From a virus (taxonomy: Duplodnaviria; Caudoviricetes): 64,000 bases of DNA. Position 1 is the stretch's first letter. Each line of letters starts with the position of its first letter. Shown in pieces: positions 20,436-30,359 of the stretch. The DNA lies in IMG/VR virus record IMGVR_UViG_3300020576_005257, positions 1-64,000 of that record, one strand, 5' to 3'. Both the position numbers and the translations under genes were made by a program. The notes under the pieces are model-generated. The model had not been told where the DNA came from, ran no database searches, and was given only the letters and a program-made list of their open reading frames with translations.

Positions 20436-21041
20436 ATGCAGAACCACTTGTTGCATACAGACGTTATTGATCTTATAATCAAACACCATTACCAGCGGCT
20501 AATCAATATTTCATTCCGTATTTGCGGTAATCTTGATGATGCTAACGATGTTGTTCAAGATATTTTACTTAGAGTAACTAAAGAACCAGAAAAGTATCAA
20601 GGAGAACCAATTACTACTGCCTCATCTTTTCCTTTACCAACTAACAATCCTTTCCTTTGTTACATTGTTTCTGGTATTACAAGACGTTCTATCGATAGGG
20701 CAGTTCTTTCTAAAACTAATTCTTCTCGATATTCTAAACATGCTAATTTAGAAATTACTGAACAACAATATGCTAATACTAATGATCCTAAATGTATTGA
20801 CTATTTTGGTTGCAATATGGTAACTGAATTTGATGAACCTTTTCTGGAAGAAAGGAAGTATATTATTTCCTTCTTACCTAAATTATCCTCACAACAATCT
20901 AGATTAATTATGGGTGTTTTGGAAGGAGATTCCTATCAGGAAATAGCTGACAAAAATAACATTCTTTTGGGTTCCATGAAATCTAATCTATTCAGAGCTA
21001 AAAGAAAGATAATTAATAGTTTAGTCTTAGCAAATCATTGA
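20436..21041 (+). CDS. ECF-type sigma-70 family factor
   Basis: region 2 DDANDVVQDILL; region 4 SYQEIA...LGSMKSNLFRAKRKI. Confidence 0.85.
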   Translation: MQNHLLHTDVIDLIIKHHYQRLINISFRICGNLDDANDVVQDILLRVTKEPEKYQGEPITTASSFPLPTNNPFLCYIVSGITRRSIDRAVLSKTNSSRYSKHANLEITEQQYANTNDPKCIDYFGCNMVTEFDEPFLEERKYIISFLPKLSSQQSRLIMGVLEGDSYQEIADKNNILLGSMKSNLFRAKRKIINSLVLANH

Positions 21042-21180
21042 GACCGACTAGACTTAAATATATGAAACATAACCTCTCCAGTAAAGAAAGGTATAAGTAT
21101 TATACTTATATATGGATTGTACTTTCATTAATATGTATCTTGGATTTCATATATGAACTAACTAAAGCTTATTGACATTT

Positions 21181-21259
21181 GCAGTAGTAGCTCAGTGGTC
21201 GAGAGCGGGGACCTCTAAATTCCTGTCATTCATCGGGGGTTCGAATCCCCCCTACTGCG
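21181..21259 (+). tRNA. amber suppressor tRNA (anticodon CUA)
   Basis: perfect GCAGTAG/CTACTGC acceptor, GCTC/GAGC D stem, GGGAC-CT-CTA-AA-TTCCT, 10-nt variable region, GGGGG-TTCGAAT-CCCCC, G73; followed by CTA rather than CCA. Confidence 0.85.
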
Positions 21260-21267
21260 CTAACTTT

Positions 21268-22509
21268 ATGAATAACTTCTTGATATTTTCCTCACCAATA
21301 GGTTGGGGGCATGTATTTTTCTATCCGAATAATCTATTTTCTTTGACTTTATCTCAAAATGTTCTTACTATTGGCAAATTAAAGTCTGCTTCTTCACTAG
21401 AAAGAACTTATACTGTATATGATACATACAATAGTAACTATGAAGAATTTGATACACTTACTTATTCTTGGATAATGACTATTTCATATGAATATATTAA
21501 CTTAATGTTAAAGAAAACTGATGCCTAAACATATTGGTTTATATTCAAAACTTACAATTTTTCACACCTATGACTATGGTAGAATAAAGTCTTGGTTAGG
21601 AATATATTCAAGAAATCTTTATTTTGGAGTACATTCATTAAAGGGAAAAGTTGTTTATAATGTTATATATAACCAACAGTTTGAGGAGTTTGAAAAGGTT
21701 ACTTATAATGATATTTAGAGGACTTATTAACAAAGCTACCTTTCCTCCTTTGTTTACCTACTCTAGTGAGTTAAACTATGCTATTGGAGTTTTAAATATG
21801 CATAACCTCCATAGAGATTCAATTTCCTTATTTTCCGCTCCTACTCCTATAGTTAACTTTAATAATTTTTATTTAGGTCTACTTTTGTCAGTATCAAAAA
21901 TTCATTCTTATAATCTTCATCTTGACCAATACGTTACTTATAAGGTTTAAATGAAGTATCTAAATTTTGGAGTTATTCTTAATAGACTTTTACATCAAGT
22001 ACGCTATGATTCAGTAACATTTTCTAAAATACTAGAAGGAAATATTATTTATATTACTAAGAATAGTCAACATAACCTTGTGTATGATATTCTTTTTGAG
22101 GAATTTAGATAGTAAAAAATAATGTCTTCTTTAGAGAATTTTAAATTTAGTGATTTTACAAGACACGTAGATGCTATTAACCTTGAAGGCTTTATTTATG
22201 GAAACTTGCTAATTTATCTAATTTGGGATAAACAAAACATAAGATTTCTGTCTGATTATCCCCAACAGGTTTTTAAAGTTAGTCCCCATTATTATCATTC
22301 TTTTCTTTACTCTTTGAATTTGGATATGTTTTAATATGATATATAAACACTTTAGTTTTTCTGGCAAAAATACTGCATTTTTATATTCATACCCCAATCT
22401 ATTTTTCTTTGACTTAAATATGAATAACAGAATAACTATAGAAAAAAGAAGAAGGTCGTTTCGTGCCAACTTTTCCTTTTTTGATTTGTCAATGGAGTTT
22501 TATTATTAG
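21268..22509 (+). repeat. cluster of 6 YxxxLEEF-family microprotein genes (21268, 21521, 21651, 21951, 22122, 22336)
   Basis: YNSNYEEF, YNQQFEEF, YNLHLDQY, YDILFEEF, YSLNLDMF, FDLSMEFY. Confidence 0.7.
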
Positions 22510-22730
22510 CTTAAACAAGTTTTTTGTAATTCATTAAATGAAAAAAACATCTCTATTTTAATGCTGAACATGAACACTATAATGTGGAGTAACAATATGT
22601 TGTAGGTAACTTTTAATTTATATTTAATATTACTAATACTTTATAGGAATCATTCTCCTCCTTGACTGATTATCTTGTTGTTTTCTAGCTTTATGCTACT
22701 TTCACTTGAACAAACAAAATAATCAAAAAA

Positions 22731-23108
22731 ATGAAAACTTTATCAAAAAAAATTACTTCATCTTTCTATACTACTCCTGATAGTTTTAACTCTATAAAAC
22801 AAGTCTGGAAGAATAGGCTTGCCAATAAGGAACCTTTAACTGCTACTGATCATATGATCTATGCTATGTTGAGAGGTAAGGATTGGACTAAGGGGTTTAC
22901 TCCTGTTACTAATCCAAATAAGTTAGCTAACGGTAGAAAACCTAATGACACCAAAAAGAAACTCGTCTTTCTTCTTGTTTATGGTAGATTAGGTAACCAT
23001 CTTGACCCTTATAGACATTTAGTTTCTGAGTCTGCTTTTAGAGATATAACAATGAGCTTTGTTACTTCTGATGGTTATGCTACTAAAACACTTGAGGTTG
23101 CTTCGTGA
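22731..23108 (+). CDS. hypothetical protein translationally coupled to the Pth-like gene
   Basis: HMIYAMLRGK motif; its TGA overlaps the GTG at 23105. Confidence 0.7.
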   Translation: MKTLSKKITSSFYTTPDSFNSIKQVWKNRLANKEPLTATDHMIYAMLRGKDWTKGFTPVTNPNKLANGRKPNDTKKKLVFLLVYGRLGNHLDPYRHLVSESAFRDITMSFVTSDGYATKTLEVAS

Positions 23109-23419
23109 ACTAGGTAACTGAATATATCTATGTGTTTATCAGAAAAGATTTACCCATAGTTCAACAATTAGTTCAAGTAGGTCATGTTTGTTATGAAGCA
23201 GGAAATAAGTTTAACGCTTCTGACAATACTCACCTAGTTCTTTTCCAGATTAACTCAGAGAAAGAATTACTTAATATAGAAGAAAAGCTCTTATTGAAAG
23301 GAATTCTTACTCATAAATTCTTTGAACCAGATAATGATTATGGTTTTACATCTTTATGTACTGAGCCAATTTCTGGCAGTAAAAGAAGAAAGATATCTGG
23401 ATATACCCTCTGGTCTTAA
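23105..23419 (+). CDS. PTH2-like peptidyl-tRNA hydrolase with in-frame TAG at codon 3
   Basis: GAGGT SD at 23094-98, GTG AAC TAG GTA ACT GAA TAT ATC TAT GTG TTT; YIYVFIRKDL...QVGHV, LVL, FFEPD...TSLCTEP motifs. Confidence 0.75.
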
Positions 23420-23431
23420 GACCAGAGGGTA
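23404..23431. terminator. 28-bp perfect palindrome over the Pth-like stop codon
   Basis: TACCCTCTGGTCTT|AAGACCAGAGGGTA. Confidence 0.6.
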
Positions 23432-23442
23432 AACTGATTTCA

Positions 23443-26004
23443 ATGTTTATAAATCGAAGTTATAGTTTTTTTTACAATGAAGCAAAATTTGAGCCCACTA
23501 ATCCTACTGATTGGGATCTATATTTTTGTATTGATTACCATATCTCTCTTGTAAAAATTTCTACTTTTGATCAACTGTTTTCTAATAAAAAATGCCTTTC
23601 CTATGATTTTAAAATAGAAGCATTTATATGATATGAACTTCTTTGATTTTACATATTCTAATACTCCTCTTGGTACTTTTTTTGAATATAGAACTAAGCC
23701 TGTTGCCTTATTCAATAAAAATACCATTCTTATAGAAAATACATTTGGATCAATTTTAAGATTTTGTGGTGGTTTACTCTTTATGTTTTCTTATAACTCT
23801 AATTTAGAGGTGTTTGGATATCCAGACTAACTTACCTTATATGTACGATAGAAATGGAAAATATAGTTGGTCCTCTAATGATACTAGAAACTTTCTGTTT
23901 CAAGTTTTGTATCGTAAAGACATACTAATAATGCTACCTAGCTATGGTGAATTTTACTATTACCCAGACCTTGAAGAATTTTCCTTACATTAGTATGTTA
24001 ATTTTATATAATCACGCTTTAAAATATATTCCTCTTAGTCACCAAAGTCTCTCTAAATATCAATTTCTACCATCTAAGCCTTCTGCAATTACTCTCTTTA
24101 CTAGGTTTACTAGACCTATTTTTTATGAATGTACATTAGAAGAATTTATTTGATTATATGAGCGTATTTCTTGCACTTTACAATATAAGATTAAAACGTT
24201 CTTTTAATCTTATATTTAATCAAATTACAAAGAAACCTGGATTTAATTTTCATTATTCAAAAAATGGTCAATATACATGTCTGTTTGATTCTAATCAACC
24301 ATATCAAATAAATTTTTATTCTTCTTTTTTTGTTAATGGAATTTATCTTATAAGGCCTTGGCCTAGTACAACTTTTGTTTATAACTCATCCTTGGATGAG
24401 TTTGAATGTTTATGAAATATCTTTCTAATGATCCTCCTGGAGAGACTCAAATGCCTTTTGAAATAAGGCATTCTTATGTATATACTATTGACAATCTTCC
24501 TAAGATTATTATAGTTCAACTAAAGAATTATTTTCTGTTCGAATTTTATCCTATTAAAGATATTTATAAAGATGTTTACTATCAATTTAAATTGGAAATT
24601 TTTGAGAGGATAAGAAACAATTACTTATGATAAAATTAGCTACTAAGAAACCTTTAAAGGATGCCATTATTGGTCAAGTTGTACTACTAAATGGTAATCC
24701 TAGAATAGTCAAAAAGATAAAGAAACCTTTTTTATTTAGAACTACCTATACAGTAGTTTTTGATGACAATAGTACTATAGCTTTTACTAATACAGATCCT
24801 TACTACACTTTATTATTTCCTTTTTGGATGAGTATGGAAGATTATCAAGAAGATGTTAGAATGGGCGAACTGCCTGTTAATGAATTGTGGTTAGAAGATA
24901 ATCCTGTTTCTTTAGTAGAAAAACCAAAGAAAAATGTTCAAATTATTGAAATTAAGAAAAAACAAATAAAACTTAATTCTACTAAAGAAAATTGTGATTG
25001 TGGAAATGATTGTGAATGCAAAACCCATAAAGACTAACTTCCCAGCATCTATTACTGGTAGAATTTCTGTGTCAGGTTTTCCTAATCGTAATCACATTAT
25101 AATAACTAATTTTCTTGATTACGATAAAGTTAATTTCTATGATTCAACCATTTCTTTTGGTTATCAAAAAAATAGTCTATATAACAGTTTTAGTAATACA
25201 CCACGTACTTTCTTCTGGATAACTTCTGACATGTCTACCTATGTTTCACAATATGAAGACTTTGAGAAGCCTACAGGATTTAAAGTTAGTTGAATACTCC
25301 TTTAACTTTGGATATATTAGAACTTTCTATTAGGAAAATATTTAGCCAACCTGTAACAGGACCTCATGTTCATCCTGTATTTTTTCAAGATATGGTACAC
25401 ACTGAAGGTAAAGTTTATTTTCATAAATCAGAAACCACAAAAATAATAGTTTTTTGTGAAGGTTTTCAATTTGTTTTTCTTCCTGATGGTAAATTTATCT
25501 CAGCACAATTTTATCCTCTTTCTCACTTTTTTAATTCTAAAGATAAATTATTCTATTTACTACAATATGATATATTTCAATTGGATTCTTGATTATTATG
25601 AAATATCATAAGTATGAAAATCAATATTATCCAGCGTGGATAGGAGGAGAACCTCTTGGTTTATTTTACTATAACTCACTTACTTTATTTGTATTTAAAA
25701 CTCAAGAACAACTTATTTTATTTTCTAAAGCTGTTAATGGTATACAGAAATTCAAATTTCCAGATTTACTTTTTGGTTACGAGGTAAATTTAGAAGATTA
25801 TTTGTGTGATAAAATATAGTGCTATACGATATATTTAAGTTTGATAAATATTCAACTGGAAGTAATGAGATTCATTACATAGATAAAAATTCTAAGTTAT
25901 TGATGACTTTCTGTTTCAACCATCTTTGTTTTTTTGAAACTGATTGGCGTATATATTTTGCTTATGATTTTTCATTGGATGAGTTCGGAGTTTCTCATGT
26001 ATAA
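23443..26004 (+). repeat. cluster of 10 YxxxLEEF-family microprotein genes, interrupted by unrelated 24627..25037
   Basis: YDFKIEAF, YNSNLEVF, YYPDLEEF, YECTLEEF, YNSSLDEF, YQFKLEIF, YVSQYEDF, YLLQYDIF, YEVNLEDY, YDFSLDEF. Confidence 0.75.
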
Positions 26005-26007
26005 TTT

Positions 26008-26024
26008 TAAAAACCCTTTATGGT
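26008..26024 (+). promoter_or_regulatory. TAAAAAC-N4-TATGGT motif, candidate phage promoter
   Basis: same motif at 37016-37032 and 42935-42951, all at gene boundaries. Confidence 0.5.
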
Positions 26025-26339
26025 ATGGAAAAAGTACTAACTCAACAACCTGAAGAAACTCACCGTCAAAACGTGACTTGGTTAAAAGAAAACAACCTAG
26101 ATATCACGTTTACTTATGAACAACAAAAGAAGAAACGGCATACTAGGCAAATAACAATTTGCATAATCTCCCAAAACAAAGAGGAGATTGCTAGAGGAAT
26201 AGCTATTCAGAATCCTTCTGATACTAACAACCGTGTAGTTGGTAGAACTCTCTCTTTCTTAAATGCTACTGCTCAACTTGAAGAGGACCTTAGAAAGGCA
26301 ATTAGAGCCCACTCACCCATTAAGATGAGGCAGCACTAA
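26025..26339 (+). CDS. conserved phage hypothetical protein
   Basis: TICII...ARGIAIQNPSDTNNRVVGR pattern. Confidence 0.6.
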   Translation: MEKVLTQQPEETHRQNVTWLKENNLDITFTYEQQKKKRHTRQITICIISQNKEEIARGIAIQNPSDTNNRVVGRTLSFLNATAQLEEDLRKAIRAHSPIKMRQH

Positions 26340-26348
26340 GATTACAGT

Positions 26349-26380
26349 GTGGATATAGCTCAATGGCTTAGAGCGACTGT
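26349..26380 (+). pseudogene. 5' half of interrupted tRNA (His-like)
   Basis: GTGGATA-TA-GCTC-AATGGCTTA-GAGC-G-ACTGT; pairs with 27104..27138. Confidence 0.8.
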
Positions 26381-26390
26381 AACCTTTATG

Positions 26391-26433
26391 CATTTGGATG
26401 TAACAAAATCTTATCTTTTGTTACATCCAAATG
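26391..26433. repeat. 18-bp inverted repeat over the HNH stop codon
   Basis: CATTTGGATGTAACAAAA-TCTTATC-TTTTGTTACATCCAAATG. Confidence 0.8.
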
Positions 26434-27079
26434 TGGGTGTTTGAGAATGACAATTAGGACATAATAATCTTACATTGTCTATAGAGTTATTATTTGGATT
26501 ACCGTCAATGTGATCTAGTTGTAATACTAATTTCTTACCTTCCCATTCCTCAGAAAGACCACAAACCTTGCAAACATTAAATCCTAAATGTTTTAGTGCC
26601 CGTTTCAGCGTAAAATTAGTTTTAATTTCATTATCTTCTAATCTTTCTATTCTTTTTGTTTTCATATGTTCTTTGTAGCAATTTCGAGAACAGTAAACTC
26701 CTCTTTGTTTTTGTATATTATTATTACAAAACTTACATATTCTTTCAGTTTTTACTTGTTTAACCTTATTTCTGTTTTGGTATTTAGCATTACAAGATTG
26801 ACAGCAGAAATGGTTTTTTGATTTCTTAATGAGAGACGTTCTTTTGAAAAAAGTAACAGAACAATTTGTACACTTAATTTGTTCTTGGCTTTGCCTATGC
26901 AAAGCGAAACAAGCTACTGAACAAAATTTATGGGCTCTATTTGTTAATTTACCTGATAACACTGTTTGTACTTCATGTTTCTTCTTGTAAAAACTACATT
27001 TACAATGGTAACATTCTAAAGGAACTATTGCTCTAGATTTCAACATACTAAATTCTTCATTCGTAATTAACATCTTCAT
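26411..27079 (-). CDS. HNH homing endonuclease with Zn-finger repeats
   Basis: CKVC...LQLDHIDGNPNNNSIDNVRLLCPNCHSQT; FCSxxC repeats. Confidence 0.9.
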   Translation of the reverse strand: MKMLITNEEFSMLKSRAIVPLECYHCKCSFYKKKHEVQTVLSGKLTNRAHKFCSVACFALHRQSQEQIKCTNCSVTFFKRTSLIKKSKNHFCCQSCNAKYQNRNKVKQVKTERICKFCNNNIQKQRGVYCSRNCYKEHMKTKRIERLEDNEIKTNFTLKRALKHLGFNVCKVCGLSEEWEGKKLVLQLDHIDGNPNNNSIDNVRLLCPNCHSQTPTFGCNKR

Positions 27080-27103
27080 TGTTATAACTTAGTGTTGTCT
27101 CTA

Positions 27104-27138
27104 ATAGTAGATGGCGAGTTCAATTCTCCCTATTCACC
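27104..27138 (+). pseudogene. 3' half of interrupted tRNA (His-like, C73)
   Basis: ATAGT-AGATG-GCGAG-TTCAATT-CTCCC-TATTCAC-C; anticodon loop absent. Confidence 0.78.
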
Positions 27139-27218
27139 CCCTAGTTGATTAAAATCTTTTTGTGAACTTTAAGTTCAACCTATGTTATCCGATTAGAGAA
27201 AACAAGGATCTCGCACTT

Positions 27219-27254
27219 GCAGGACCATTCCCGATTAGGTGGTCCTGCTTTTTT
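27219..27254 (+). terminator. intrinsic terminator
   Basis: GCAGGACCA...TGGTCCTGC followed by T6. Confidence 0.75.
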
Positions 27255-27458
27255 CCCTAAAGACATGTATTATAGGTCTATTGGATACAACAAAGGTAAA
27301 ATATTTCTATGTTTTGAGCATGGTTCTTTTGTTCGTATAGCTTATCAAATAGAACACAAAATTATTAGCCTAACCCTTTTATGGAATTTAGACATCGCAA
27401 TACATTATAATCAGGCATATCCCCAATATATATATATACGATTACTTACTACAACAAT

Positions 27459-29504
27459 ATGTCACTGAATGGTAGATATCACTTAGAATTAGATAATAAA
27501 ATATCTATTGCTGTCCTTCCTCCTAGAAAAGAAATAGTTAAACTGGGAGGATGGACTTATAACATATTCATTAATAGTAAAAAACATTATGGCTTCTTTG
27601 GTGTTAATCCTAACTCTCTCAAACCTCTTCTTAGAGAGAATATTAATATAACTAACGTTTGGAAAATAAACAAATTTGCTATATCTCAAACTCAGTCTCA
27701 TTATTCAACTAATCTGGAAGAATACGTTTTATGAAAAACTCTTTAATTCACACTGTAACTCATGCTTTTGTGATACAAGTTGGTCATAGGTCTAATTATT
27801 CTAAATTATTTGGTTCTAGGTATAGAGCAGAGTTTGATAAGCAAGTAGATAAACTATGCTTAAAACTGGAAAAATATGGTCATGTTGTTTCTATTGACCA
27901 GGGAGAATGGGAATTCTTTTTAGTTATTACTATCATCACTGATAAGGAGTTTAACTCTCTCTTAAAGCTAATTGAAAAAGATTTGTTATCTTGTTTTCCT
28001 CAATTAACAGATCAACCAGTTTCTGAAATACAAAAAGAAGTTGTAGTTAAAAAGACAACTTCTAATAAAAAACCTATAGTAATAGAAGAACCAGTTTTAA
28101 TTCCACCTAAAAAAAGAGGAAGACCAAAAAAGGAGTAGCAAAGTTATGGGAGTATTAATAGTAGTTTCTACATGGTTATTCTTTATAGTATTACAAACTA
28201 TATACCATATAACCCGAAATAAGTCAAACGAAGAGCATATCATTCCTCCAGTATTAGACTTGATATGTCAATCGTTTTTCTTCACAGTTATTACTGTATT
28301 TTTACTTGTAATGATATTTAGATGATATTTCAAAAGTTTATTCTATTTCCACCAGAGCTTTGTTTTGTATATCACAATCTCCAATTTTTTAACTTAGAGC
28401 ATTTCAAGTTTATTTCTGTTTCCATAGCTAATCCTAATCTTTCCTTTCCAATTGATTATTACTATGAACTAGAAACTATGTCTATACCTAAACAATGAAA
28501 TTTCTAACATATGTTAGTCCTCTTTGTCTTTTTTCCTACGATAACTCAGTATTCAATAAAGCGACATTTTTTCCAGTTATATATATTTATCTTTCTCCAT
28601 ATGGAGGCAGTTTTGATTATCATTATGAATTAGAAGCTTACTTTAATGATATATAAAAAATATAATAACAACCTATCTCAGTTTGTTTATGATATTGGTA
28701 TTACTGAAATACATATTAATCCTACAAGAGAAAATTCTAGTATATTTGTTTGGAATTGTACTTTAGATACTTCAATGTATACGATTGGATCAGTTCTTCA
28801 TAGAATAATTTTAAACTACTCTTTACCTTTAGAATGCTACCTCACCAAGTAAAGTACCTGTGTTGTGATTTAAACTACAATAGTGTTACACTTAGTTATG
28901 GTTTACCATGTGATAAACTTGTATTCATTTATGGGCCATTTTATAATCATATAACATTAACAAAGTTCGGTCCTGAAAACATTGCAGCTACAGGTACTGT
29001 CATCTTTAAATTTAAAGTACACTATAATCCAGTGTTTGAGGAATATGTTTAATTCTTTTCAACTAGAAGGATTCTGCTTCAATTATGAAAGAACTATACC
29101 TTTAGGTTCTTATGATAAACTTTCAAAGTACTATAGAATACATGAGTGTGGTCATTATTCTGTTCTATTTTCCAAAAGTATCTATCCACGTATTCCATGG
29201 TATTGGGATAATTATATAAGGCTTGGCCCTGCTAAATACGATTCAATTTTTGAGGATTTTAGTAGAGTCTATTAAAATGAAATTCAAAGGGTTATCGTCG
29301 TATAATAATCTTTTCTATTATACAAGTGAACGTGGTATTCCTACTTTAAATTATACTCTTCTTATAGTTTATCCTTTTGATAAGTTTCTTATCAATTTCA
29401 CTATTAATCAATATAGGGAAAATAATTCAGGAACAATGATTGTAGGTCCAGCTTATCAATTAAACTATGATCAGTTTCTATCAGGAGAGGTTTACAAAAG
29501 ATAA
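27459..29504 (+). repeat. cluster of 7 YxxxLEEF-family microprotein genes (27459, 28322, 28495, 28646, 28834, 29045, 29277) with unrelated ORFs interspersed
   Basis: YSTNLEEY, YYYELETM, YHYELEAY, YSLPLECY, YNPVFEEY, YDSIFEDF, YQLNYDQF. Confidence 0.7.
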
Positions 29505-29533
29505 ACAATTTTTAACAAAAAAGGGGGTTATGC

Positions 29534-29808
29534 GCCCCAGTAGCTTAGTGGATAAAGCAACAGCCTTCTGCTAATAATATAACAGTGGGCCTTATAAGGG
29601 AAACCCTATAAGTGTAAGTTGTCAAATTCGGTGAACGCTAAAGAGAAATCCATGCCAATACCGAGCCAAGCCCTTTATGGGAAGGTGTAGAGACTAGACG
29701 GCAACTACCTAATCTCCTTTGGAGTAAGGTAAAGGTATAGTCCAACGAGTCAGGAAACTGACATAAAGTTGAAGCTGTTTATCGGAGGTTCGAGTCCTCT
29801 CTGGGGCG
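29534..29808 (+). tRNA. tRNA-Arg(UCU), exons 29534-29569 and 29772-29808, split by group I intron
   Basis: spliced: GCCCCAG-TA-GCTT-AGTGGATA-AAGC-A-ACAGC-CT-TCT-AA-GCTGT-TTATC-GGAGG-TTCGAGT-CCTCT-CTGGGGC-G. Confidence 0.9.
29570..29771 (+). ncRNA. group I intron, subgroup IC3 (Azoarcus-like), 202 nt, no ORF
   Basis: P1 UCU/GGG with U.G at splice site, P2 GAAA loop, TGTCAAATTCGG, CCGAGCCAAGC, GAAGGTGTAGAGACTAGACGGCA, ATAGTCCA, P9 GTCAG-GAAA-CTGAC, P9.0 AAC/GTT then terminal G. Confidence 0.93.
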
Positions 29809-30334
29809 CATAGCTAATATTATTTAATTCTAGTAAACCATGATCAAGTTCCCAATGACAGTTGGGACAAAGTGCTATAAGGTTTTCTATTTTGTTTATT
29901 TCTGAAACTGGTGTATTATCTGTGTGTGTACTAATACCTTTTATATGACAAATTTGTACATGTTTCTTATAAGAACACCTGGAACAGGGGCAATTTTTGC
30001 CATATGTATCTATATAGATTTTCCTTGCAAGAGTTCTTATAGCTGAATTTTTTTGATATTTTCTTCTTTCTACCATTTCCCCATAAGTAACTTTTTCCCA
30101 ATTTATCCCATTTAGTGTTCTACAATCTTTACAATATGTATAATCTGATCTTATTAAATTATTGCAAGTTTTACATATTTTTGTTCTCTTTCTTTTAGGA
30201 GTTAAATTTGTAAACTTAGCAGCGCAAGATCTAGAACAAAAGGATAATCCTGATTTTGATTTGTTTAAGTCCTTTTTTCTAATTTCTCTTTTAAACTCTT
30301 CCTTACAATTACCACACGTATAAGTTTCTACCAT
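29750..30334 (-). CDS. HNH homing endonuclease (paralog of 770..1477)
   Basis: KHVQICHIKGIS...SEINKIENLIALCPNCHWELDHG; C-terminus runs antisense through the tRNA-Arg 3' exon. Confidence 0.88.
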   Translation of the reverse strand: MVETYTCGNCKEEFKREIRKKDLNKSKSGLSFCSRSCAAKFTNLTPKRKRTKICKTCNNLIRSDYTYCKDCRTLNGINWEKVTYGEMVERRKYQKNSAIRTLARKIYIDTYGKNCPCSRCSYKKHVQICHIKGISTHTDNTPVSEINKIENLIALCPNCHWELDHGLLELNNISYAPQRGLEPPINSFNFMSVS

Positions 30335-30359
30335 ACTAATATATTAGTGTTGACATAAC

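Noticed and set aside
6989-21267. Track ORF starts at 6989, 10367 and 21172, and ORF 10202..10429
   Set aside because: They overlap tRNA genes; real starts are downstream or the ORF is spurious
651-27138. HNH-containing group I or II introns in the Ile-, Leu- and His-like split tRNAs
   Set aside because: No ribozyme core motifs, no room outside the ORF and nested tRNA, two HNHs are antisense, and anticodon bases are missing
29567-29773. Alternative splice register after U33 giving anticodon UUG (Gln)
   Set aside because: P1 places the U.G pair at U36 and P9.0 (AAC/GTT) defines G29771 as the terminal G; the body is Arg-like
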